Shown here piece after piece: positions 36,938 through 44,723 of a stretch of DNA of 48,866 bases (its first letter is position 1; each line of letters starts with the position of its first letter). A program made the position numbers and the translations under genes. The stretch comes from Pseudomonadota bacterium (GTDB lineage Bacteria; Pseudomonadota; Gammaproteobacteria; Burkholderiales; JAJZQI01): assembly GCA_021847305.1 (NCBI GenBank), contig JAJZTZ010000002.1:1-48866 (forward strand). The letters run 5' to 3'. A model generated the notes under the pieces. It was not told the origin of the DNA. It saw only the letters and a program-made list of their open reading frames with translations, and did no database searches.

Positions 36938-38242
36938 ATGGCTATTACAGCAGCAGGTGTTGGTTCCGGCATAGACGTTAACTCGATTGTAAGCCAGTTG
37001 ATGGCGATCGAACGTCAGCCACTTGATGCCTTGAATCAGACGCAATCGCAATACAACGCGCAGTTGTCTGCTTATGGCAAAATCAAGAGCGACTTGGCAG
37101 CGTTCCAGTCTGCAGCGCAAGCCATGCAGTACAGCAGCAGTTTTTCGCTCTTCAGTGCGACACCATCCAACACGAGTGTACTGACTGCAACTGCCTCAAC
37201 CAGTGCCTTGCCGGGCACGCACAGCGTTACCGTAAATTCCTTGGCTAAGCCGCAAATTCAGGTGGCAACGACGGGTTTTGCGGATACCAGCACTACAGCA
37301 GTTGGTAATGTGGGCGATACGCTTACCTTTACCACTGGTACGAATACCTTCACAGTTACCCTGGACAGCACAAACAACACCTTGCAAGGCTTGCAGAACG
37401 CGATCAATTCGGCGGCAGGCAATTATGGTGTAAGTGCATCCATTCTGAATGATGGCACGACCAATGGTAATCGCCTGGTAATCACTGCCAATTCTTCCGG
37501 CACCGCCAATGCGGTTACGCTGTCGGGTACGTTGGCAACCAGTCTCAATTTTGCAACCACTCAGGCTGCTGCAGACGCAAGCCTGACGGTTGATGGCGTC
37601 ACGGGAATTACCAAGTCGAGCAATACGATCAGTGATGTGTTGCAGGGGGTGACGTTGAACCTGCAAAGCACGGGTACCAGCAACGTAACAGTTCAAACAG
37701 ACAATGCTGCTGTTACAAGCCTGGCAAACAATTTTGTTTCTGCATATAACGCCCTGCAGAAAGATATCACCAGTTTGCATGGCAAGGGCGGAACGCTCGA
37801 GGCAGATAACACGATTCTGACCATTAACAGCGTACTGGACAATGTATTCAACAGCGGCACCAGCAGCGGTGCATACAATTACCTGTCGCAGATCGGTATT
37901 TCGCTACAGAAGGATGGGACGCTGGCTCTTGATAGCGCAGCCTTCAGTTCTGCCTTGACGACAAACTATTCCGATGTGGTCAACCTGTTTACCAATACGA
38001 CAGATGGTTTTTCCAACCGGTTTAACGATGCGCTGAACAGTCTTTTACAGACCAATGGTATCGTGACGGCGGCGACTGACGGCATCAATGCTAACCTGAA
38101 TTTGCTGCAGGACCGGATCGATCAGATGCAGACCCGTTTAGACCAGACCCAGCAAAGTCTGCAGGCGCAGTATTCGGCGCTTGATGCAATGCTTGGCTCC
38201 ATGCAATCGTCAGCCAATTTTCTGCTGTCTCAGTTGAGGTAA
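36938..38242 (+). CDS. fliD: Flagellar filament capping protein FliD, 434 aa
   Basis: N-terminal GVGSGIDVNSIVSQLMAIERQPL....Q......LSAYG.IKS.L, a C-terminal coiled-coil ending QYSALDAMLGSMQSSANFL, and an SD (GAGGAGG) upstream. Confidence 0.93.
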   Translation: MAITAAGVGSGIDVNSIVSQLMAIERQPLDALNQTQSQYNAQLSAYGKIKSDLAAFQSAAQAMQYSSSFSLFSATPSNTSVLTATASTSALPGTHSVTVNSLAKPQIQVATTGFADTSTTAVGNVGDTLTFTTGTNTFTVTLDSTNNTLQGLQNAINSAAGNYGVSASILNDGTTNGNRLVITANSSGTANAVTLSGTLATSLNFATTQAAADASLTVDGVTGITKSSNTISDVLQGVTLNLQSTGTSNVTVQTDNAAVTSLANNFVSAYNALQKDITSLHGKGGTLEADNTILTINSVLDNVFNSGTSSGAYNYLSQIGISLQKDGTLALDSAAFSSALTTNYSDVVNLFTNTTDGFSNRFNDALNSLLQTNGIVTAATDGINANLNLLQDRIDQMQTRLDQTQQSLQAQYSALDAMLGSMQSSANFLLSQLR

Positions 38243-38247
38243 ATCCA

Positions 38248-38694
38248 ATGAATACACATTCCGTCAAAAATGCCCTTAATGCCTATGGCCAGGTAGACGT
38301 GGATGCCTCACTCATGACGGCCAATCCAGTACAGTTGATCGTGATGCTGTACGATGGCGCGGTGGGGGCGATTGCCAAGGCCAAGGGCTTGTTGCTGCAG
38401 CAGCAATATGCGGAAAAAAGCCAGCAGATTTCCCTGGCGATCGGCATCATCGATGGCCTCGCTTCGGTGCTGGACATGGAGAAGGGCGGAGAAATATCGG
38501 CCAATCTGTCGGCTTTATACGATTACATGCGCCGACGCCTCTTGGTGGCCAATTTGCAAAATGATGTGGCTCCCTTGGATGAGGTATCCGGACTTCTGCT
38601 CAGTATCAATGAATCATGGAAAGTCCTGGCAAACCGTTCAGCGGTGGCGCAGTCCAAAGCTGCCGAAGACATGGATGGACGCAGGTCAGCGTGA
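38248..38694 (+). CDS. fliS: Flagellar export chaperone FliS, 148 aa
   Basis: AYGQVDVDASLMTANPVQLIVMLYDGA...A......K...I..A..II..L...LD...GGEI..NL..LY.Y is the FliS four-helix core. Sits 5 nt after fliD. Confidence 0.92.
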   Translation: MNTHSVKNALNAYGQVDVDASLMTANPVQLIVMLYDGAVGAIAKAKGLLLQQQYAEKSQQISLAIGIIDGLASVLDMEKGGEISANLSALYDYMRRRLLVANLQNDVAPLDEVSGLLLSINESWKVLANRSAVAQSKAAEDMDGRRSA

Positions 38695-38999
38695 GTCCGG
38701 CTGAGTTGCTAAGCAGTTATCGCAGGGTTCTGGAGCTCACTCTGCAGATGAAAGCCCTGGCTGAGACGGAAAAATGGGACCAGTTCATGCAGACTGAGGC
38801 GGCCCGGCGAGAGGTGCTGGCATCGGTTGAGCAGGAAAAAATCGGTAAGGATGAGGTGCTGCGCGAAATAGTGCAGGAAATTCTTGATCTGGACCGGGAA
38901 ATCACGCAAAAGGTACAGGTATGGATGGACGAACTCCGCTCAATCCTGTCGCAAATGTCCACTGTAGAGCGCCTCAACAAGGCCTACCAGAAGCGCTAG
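38691..38999 (+). CDS. fliT: Flagellar chaperone FliT-like protein, 102 aa
   Basis: A GTG start at 38691 overlaps the fliS stop (GTGA). It aligns by eye to Salmonella FliT landmarks: ALAETEKWDQFMQTE resembles ELAQRGEWDLLLQQE, and MDELRSILSQMSTVERLNKAYQ resembles [22 protein letters not shown]. Confidence 0.7.
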   Translation: MSPAELLSSYRRVLELTLQMKALAETEKWDQFMQTEAARREVLASVEQEKIGKDEVLREIVQEILDLDREITQKVQVWMDELRSILSQMSTVERLNKAYQKR

Positions 39000-39225
39000 G
39001 CCTGTTCCTCGCCGCTGACGATCCGGTGGGGCCATTGGCGCCGACAGTGCCGTCCCACGGTGATGTGCCGCTGCGCTGGCCCGAGAATTCCGGCCGCAAA
39101 CGCAAGGCCCCGCGCAAACCGGATAACAGGCAATCCCCGGTTGATACCCCTCAGCATCCCACGCCACCAGATAATCACATCATCGATGAATATGCGCGGG
39201 CGCGCGGAGAATCCCTGCGGATCAG

Positions 39226-40074
39226 TTACTGCGGCGCAAACAGACCGAGTAAACCATCCAAACCGACATGGTTGAATGCATAGCTTGCCTGAGCACGTAC
39301 CACCGGCTTGGCATGGTAGGCGATGGAATAACCGGCTTCGGCCATCATCTTCAGGTCGTTGGCGCCGTCACCCATGGCAATGACCTGTTCCTTGCGCAGT
39401 CCCAGTTTACCGCGCACTTCGTTTAATTTGTCTGCTTTGCCCTGGGCATCGAGAATTTCGCTGGCGACTTTGCCGGTGAGTTTCCCGTCCACAATTTCCA
39501 GCAGATTCGAATGGGCATAATCCAGCCCCAGACGCTTCTGCAGGCGTTCGGTAAAAAAGGTGAAGCCGCCGGACACCAGCAGGGTTTTTACGCCGTGCTT
39601 TTGCAGGGTTTTCAGCATCAGTTCGCCGCCCGGGTTGATATTCAGACGTTCCGCGTAAACGTGCTCCAGCGCCCCGGCATCCAGTCCCTTGAGCAGGGCG
39701 ACGCGACGGGTCAGACTTTCCTTGAAGTCGATTTCACCGCGCATGGCCGCTTCGGTGACTTCGGATACCTGCGGCTTGATGCCGGCAAAGTCGGCAATTT
39801 CGTCGATGCACTCGATGTTAATCAGCGTTGAATCCATGTCCATCACTACCAGGCCGATATCCGTGAGACTTTGGGTGGTTTTGACGAAGCCAAAATCCAG
39901 TTGCGCCTGTTCACAATAGGCGGCCACCTCTGCGTGGCTGTCATCTTGGGCATGGGTCAGGCGGAATGCCTTGGGATTGATTGCCTGGATCATGTCGGCA
40001 CGGCTGATTTTGGCCAGCTGTTTGAGGTCCTGTGTGGCAATCTCATTGCCCAGAATGACAAGGTGCGAGGTCAT
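39226..40074 (-). CDS. serB: Phosphoserine phosphatase SerB, 282 aa
   Basis: HAD motif I VVMDMDSTLI, motif II VSGGF, motif IV GDGANDL. An N-terminal ACT-like extension is present. ATGA overlap with the mfd stop (40071-40074). Confidence 0.9.
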   Translation of the reverse strand: MTSHLVILGNEIATQDLKQLAKISRADMIQAINPKAFRLTHAQDDSHAEVAAYCEQAQLDFGFVKTTQSLTDIGLVVMDMDSTLINIECIDEIADFAGIKPQVSEVTEAAMRGEIDFKESLTRRVALLKGLDAGALEHVYAERLNINPGGELMLKTLQKHGVKTLLVSGGFTFFTERLQKRLGLDYAHSNLLEIVDGKLTGKVASEILDAQGKADKLNEVRGKLGLRKEQVIAMGDGANDLKMMAEAGYSIAYHAKPVVRAQASYAFNHVGLDGLLGLFAPQ

Positions 40075-43000
40075 GCAAGTTCTTTCAATAAGGTCTGGAT
40101 AGCCTGGATACGCTCGTTGAGGCTGAGGGTTTTTACCTCAACCTTGAGCTTGTCCTGGCCGTTTAATTTGTAATTTCTGCGGGTCTGTATCAGGGTTATC
40201 AGCTTCATCGGGTCGATGGGCGGATTGGGTACAAAGTGTAATTGTACCGCTTCGCTGTGTGCGTCGATTTTGGTGATGCCGTAAAGTTTTGCCTGCAGGC
40301 GCAACCGGTGCGAGGCCAGCAGGGCCTGGGTTGGCTCTGGCAACAGGCCGAAGCGGTCAATCAGTTCTACCTGCAGTTCGTCGAGCTCTTCAGCGGATTC
40401 GCAGTTGGCCAGTCGCTTGTACAGCGTCAGCCGCTCGTTGATATCGCCGCAATAGTCTTCCGGAAGCAGGGCCGGCTGGTGCAGGTTGATTTCGGTGGTT
40501 ACGCCCAGAGGCGCGTCAATGTCTGGCTCCTTGCCCGCCTTGAGTGCCTTGACGGCATTATTGAGCATGTCGGCATAGAGATTGAAGCCGATTTCCTGCA
40601 TCTCTCCCGATTGCGATTCGCCCAGCACTTCACCGGCGCCGCGGATCTCCAGATCATGCATGGCCAGATAAAAGCCGGCACCGAGTTCTTCCATAGCCTG
40701 AATCGCCTCCAGGCGCTTTTTCGCCTGGGCTGTGAGCCCAGCCGGCTCGGGCGTCAGTAGATAGGCATAGGCCTGATGGTGCGAACGCCCCACACGCCCG
40801 CGCAACTGGTGCAGCTGGGCCAGGCCGAAATGGTCGGCGCGGTTGATGAGGATGGTGTTGGCGTTGGGAATATCGATGCCGGTTTCAATGATGGTGGTAC
40901 ACAGCAACACGTTAAAGCGCAGCTGATGGAAGTCGCGCATGGCGTGTTCCAGCTCGCGCTCGGGCATCTGTCCGTGGGCGACGCCGATGCGGGCTTCCGG
41001 CAGCAGGCCGGCGAGCTTTTCGCGCATGGCGTGAATGGTGTCGACTTCATTGTGCAGGAAATACACCTGACCGCCGCGTTTCAGCTCGCGCAGCACCGCT
41101 TCACGGATGATGCCGGTGTTGTACTGGGTCACAAAGGTCTTGATGGCAAGGCGTTTCTGCGGGGCCGTGGCAATGACCGAGAAATCGCGCATACCTTCCA
41201 GCGACATGGCCAGCGTGCGGGGAATCGGCGTGGCTGTGAGCGTCAGCATGTCGACCTCGGCGCGCAGGGCCTTGAGCTTTTCTTTCTGTCTGACGCCAAA
41301 GCGGTGCTCTTCGTCGATGATTACCAGCCCCAGATTCTTGAAACGTATATCTTCCTGTAGCAGTCGGTGCGTGCCGATAATGATGTCTACTTTGCCATCG
41401 GCAACACCCTGCAGGGCGAGTTTCTGTTCCTTGGCACTGCGAAAACGCGACAGTTCGTCAAGTTTCACCGGCCAGTCGGCAAACCGGTCGCAAAAGTTCT
41501 GATAATGCTGCTCGGCCAGCAAAGTGGTGGGCACAAGAACGGCTACCTGGGTGCCTGCGGCAACGGCGATAAAGGCGGCGCGCAAGGCCACTTCAGTCTT
41601 GCCGAAGCCGACATCGCCGCATACCAGCCGGTCCATCGGACGAGGCGATTGCATGTCGTCCATCACGGCGCGGATGGCTGCCGCCTGGTCCGGGGTTTCC
41701 TCAAAGCCAAACCCCTCGGCAAAGGCTTCGTAATCGTGCTCATTGATTTCGAACTGGCGCCCCTGGCGGGCCTGGCGCCGCGCATACAGATTAAGCAGTT
41801 CGGCTGCCGTGTCGCGCACCTGCTCGAAAGCCTTGCGTCGGGCTTTTTCCCATTGACCGCTGCCGAGCCGGTGCAGCGGCGCGGATTCCGGGGCCGCCCC
41901 GCTGTAGCGGCTGATAACGTGCAATTGGGATACCGGCACATAAAGCATGTCGCCGCCGGCATATTCAAGCTGCAGCAATTCCGTCGGGCCTTCGCCCAGG
42001 TCCATGCTGATGAGGCCGAGGTAGCGGCCGATGCCGTGCTGTTCATGCACGACGGGATCGCCGGGTTTGACTTCCGACAGGTCCTTGAGCAGATTTTCCG
42101 TATCGCGCCGTTTGCCTTCGCGGCTTTGTTTTTGCCGGACCTGTTGGGCAAACAGCTCGTTCTCGGTGATGAAGGCCAGCCCGGTATCGGGCAGGATAAA
42201 TCCCTTCGACAGGTTGCCGGTAGTGATGACGAAGCGGGCATCCTGGGACAGCGCGTCGGCACAGGTTTCGCAGATTTGCGGGTTCAGACCGTACTGACGC
42301 AGGTACGGCAGCAGCGCTTCGCGTCGCCCCAGGCTGTCTGCCAACAGAACAGTCTTGCCTTTGAACGTGGCAATGAAGCTGTCCAGGCGCAGCAGCGGGT
42401 TTTCGGCCCGCCGCTCCACCTGCAGGGGGGGGAGGGATTCGGTATGCTCAGCCTGGGCGTCGCCGGTAAACTCAATACGCGGATACGGCTTGAGGGCGGA
42501 AAAGAACTCATCCGCGCGCAGGAACAGTTGCGGCGGTGACAGCAACGGGCGGTCGGGGTCGCCCTGCAGCAGGTTATAGCGCGACTGGGTGTCGCGCCAG
42601 AAGACCTCGGCGGCGCTGGCAATGTCGCCGTGCAGTATCAGCCGGGCCTCGGGGGGTATATAGTCGAACAGGGTGGCCGTCGTTTCAAAGAACAGCGGCA
42701 GATAGTATTCGATACCGGCCGGCGCGATGGCATTGCTGACATCCTTGTAGATGCGACTGCGGGAGAAGTCGCCCTCAAATGTGGCGCGGAAATTCTGCCT
42801 GAACCGGGCGATACCGTCCTCATCCAGAGGAAATTCCCGCGCCGGCAGAAGGCGGATTTCCTTGACCGGGTAAATGCTGCGCTGGGTGTCGACGTCGAAG
42901 GTACGAATGGTTTCGATTTCGTCGTCGAACAGGTCGATCCGGTAGGGAACCGCCGAACCCATGGGAAGCAGGTCGATAATACCGCCGCGCACGCTGAATT

Positions 43001-43469
43001 CGCCCGGGCTGTATACCTGGCTGACCGCATGGTAGCCGGCCAGCGCCAACTGGGTTTTCAGGCTGTCCAGCTGCAGCGTGTTGCCGGCGCGCAAAAAGAA
43101 TGTATGCGCCGCCAGGTAAGCGACCGGCGCAAGGCGGGTCAGTGCCGTGGCCACCGGTGCAAGAAAAATGTCGACCTGCTGCTGCAACAACTGGTAAAGA
43201 GCTGCTTGCCGTTCGGATACCAGATCGTGATGAGGCGAGAAACTGTCGTATGGCAGGGTTTCCCAGTCAGGGAAAACGTATACGCGCAACTTCGGGTTGA
43301 ACCAGGCCAGTTCTCCGGCCAGCCGCTGCGCGTCCTGGGCGTTGGCGGTAAATACCACAATCGGACCACCTCCGGCCAGTTCTGCCAGCGCATGGGCGTC
43401 GGCCGATCCATGCGGAATCGGGTAACTGCGGCGTTGGCCGGCGGGTGGAAAAACGTGGGACGGAGACAT
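40071..43469 (-). CDS. mfd: Transcription-repair coupling factor Mfd, about 1132 aa
   Basis: UvrB-homology N-terminus, CarD/RNAP-interacting domain (GDPVVHEQHGIGRY), SF2 helicase motifs (GDVGFGKTEVA, IIDEEHRFG), and TRG-motif region (QLHQLRGRVGRS). Start set at the ATG at 43469 (MSPSHVF...); the track ORF extends to 43559. Confidence 0.96.
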   Translation of the reverse strand: MSPSHVFPPAGQRRSYPIPHGSADAHALAELAGGGPIVVFTANAQDAQRLAGELAWFNPKLRVYVFPDWETLPYDSFSPHHDLVSERQAALYQLLQQQVDIFLAPVATALTRLAPVAYLAAHTFFLRAGNTLQLDSLKTQLALAGYHAVSQVYSPGEFSVRGGIIDLLPMGSAVPYRIDLFDDEIETIRTFDVDTQRSIYPVKEIRLLPAREFPLDEDGIARFRQNFRATFEGDFSRSRIYKDVSNAIAPAGIEYYLPLFFETTATLFDYIPPEARLILHGDIASAAEVFWRDTQSRYNLLQGDPDRPLLSPPQLFLRADEFFSALKPYPRIEFTGDAQAEHTESLPPLQVERRAENPLLRLDSFIATFKGKTVLLADSLGRREALLPYLRQYGLNPQICETCADALSQDARFVITTGNLSKGFILPDTGLAFITENELFAQQVRQKQSREGKRRDTENLLKDLSEVKPGDPVVHEQHGIGRYLGLISMDLGEGPTELLQLEYAGGDMLYVPVSQLHVISRYSGAAPESAPLHRLGSGQWEKARRKAFEQVRDTAAELLNLYARRQARQGRQFEINEHDYEAFAEGFGFEETPDQAAAIRAVMDDMQSPRPMDRLVCGDVGFGKTEVALRAAFIAVAAGTQVAVLVPTTLLAEQHYQNFCDRFADWPVKLDELSRFRSAKEQKLALQGVADGKVDIIIGTHRLLQEDIRFKNLGLVIIDEEHRFGVRQKEKLKALRAEVDMLTLTATPIPRTLAMSLEGMRDFSVIATAPQKRLAIKTFVTQYNTGIIREAVLRELKRGGQVYFLHNEVDTIHAMREKLAGLLPEARIGVAHGQMPERELEHAMRDFHQLRFNVLLCTTIIETGIDIPNANTILINRADHFGLAQLHQLRGRVGRSHHQAYAYLLTPEPAGLTAQAKKRLEAIQAMEELGAGFYLAMHDLEIRGAGEVLGESQSGEMQEIGFNLYADMLNNAVKALKAGKEPDIDAPLGVTTEINLHQPALLPEDYCGDINERLTLYKRLANCESAEELDELQVELIDRFGLLPEPTQALLASHRLRLQAKLYGITKIDAHSEAVQLHFVPNPPIDPMKLITLIQTRRNYKLNGQDKLKVEVKTLSLNERIQAIQTLLKELA

Positions 43470-43578
43470 GGTCTGAAGCACAATGCGGCAAAATGTCCGC
43501 ATTATACCGAATGCGGCAGAGCGGGTCAGCCACGTCTGCGGGTAGAGGGTGGCCCTCATGCAGCCGTTAACAAAAAGC

Positions 43579-43610
43579 GCTGATTTATTCCTTTTATGGA
43601 ATAAATCAGC
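43579..43610 (-). terminator. 13-bp perfect inverted repeat, probable terminator for the upstream (minus-strand) gene
   Basis: GCTGATTTATTCC (43579-43591), loop TTTTAT, GGAATAAATCAGC (43598-43610). On the minus strand the stem is followed by GCGCTTTTTGTT. It lies between the 43723 stop and the mfd start. Confidence 0.55.
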
Positions 43611-43722
43611 AAGGTGGCTGCGGGTACATGTCCGCCAGCCTCACGCTTTCAATGACTTGCGTCATTGAGCGGCCGGGCAAAAAATTTGCCCGGCACGGAA
43701 ACGCGATTAAATCATCGCTTCC

Positions 43723-44481
43723 TTAATGTGCTCCGTCTGCCAGGATATGGGCCGAACGGATAAAAGGTTTGAGTTCGCGGATGCGGGTCTGGTCGGTTTC
43801 GTGCGCAGCAGCAATACCGCCGCCTGACTCGTCAGTATTTGAATGCAAAAAGGCAATTGCGCCTTTCTCAATGGTGCAGCCGCAAGCTTGTGCCGCCAGA
43901 AGCGAGCCGGCCCAGTCGGCCTCGTGCTCTTCCGCCTCCCAATAAGGCGACATTTTCAGGGCCAGAGAAAAATCGCCGTCCAGCATCTGAATGATATCGT
44001 CCCCGTTTGCGCCGGGAATAACCGGCTGGTGCGCCAGAAAGGCCAGAGTAACAACATCCTGATCATAGTGGCGCAAAGCCAGATGGGTGATTTCGTGGCC
44101 GATCACGAAGCTGAGGGCGCAGCGGCTCAGGCTCAGTGCCGCTGGCGACAGTACGATGGTCGCAGGCGCGACTGAGTAAGCAATTCCGTTGCGCTCGTCA
44201 GGTGCACGCAGAAAATGTACTCTGCCGATGCCCGCCAGACTGGCCATTTTGCGCCATGGTGTGGCTGGCGTCAGTTCGGTACAGGACGGACATGGGCGCG
44301 GCCGCCAGGAAAAGTGAGGTACAGGCGGTGTATCTGGAAACCAGCCGGCCTTGCCATCTTTGTGATGCGAATTTTCAGTGTCGCTGGCCGGCGCTGCGAC
44401 GGCACAGCAGACTCCGGCCAGAACAATGCTGGCTTTGATCAGGAAGGAACGGACAGTCGGGTAACGGGTCCATTTTTGCAT
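43723..44481 (-). CDS. Putative exported zinc metallopeptidase (HExxH; M48-like), 252 aa
   Basis: Hydrophobic signal-like N-terminus (IKASIVLAGVCCAVAAPA) and the motif FVIGHEITHLALRHYD. The family assignment is tentative. Confidence 0.55.
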   Translation of the reverse strand: MQKWTRYPTVRSFLIKASIVLAGVCCAVAAPASDTENSHHKDGKAGWFPDTPPVPHFSWRPRPCPSCTELTPATPWRKMASLAGIGRVHFLRAPDERNGIAYSVAPATIVLSPAALSLSRCALSFVIGHEITHLALRHYDQDVVTLAFLAHQPVIPGANGDDIIQMLDGDFSLALKMSPYWEAEEHEADWAGSLLAAQACGCTIEKGAIAFLHSNTDESGGGIAAAHETDQTRIRELKPFIRSAHILADGAH

Positions 44482-44723
44482 GCGGCACCTACCACAACCA
44501 TATTACAACAGTATGATTTGTTTATAGCTGATGCTGCAGCGGCCAGCCAGTAAACAGTGAAATAGCATGAAATTGGCAGCATTCGTGGCGCTTGCGGCTA
44601 TATTGAACAATAAGGGTTAGTGCGGAGCATTTTACGCTGCTGGATTGCTCGGCAGGATGAAGAAAGGCATACTTCACCGCTTGTTTCCGCAAAACAAATG
44701 TATAACAGGTTTAAAGGTTCAGT

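Noticed and set aside
38921-39283. A 120-aa + strand ORF spanning the fliT-serB gap, considered as a possible small flagellar protein (for example FlhB-C-terminal-like).
   Set aside because: It overlaps the 3' ends of both well-supported neighbours. It is Pro/Arg-rich and shows no similarity by eye to the FlhB/YscU C-terminal consensus. The GC-rich sequence makes spurious ORFs likely.
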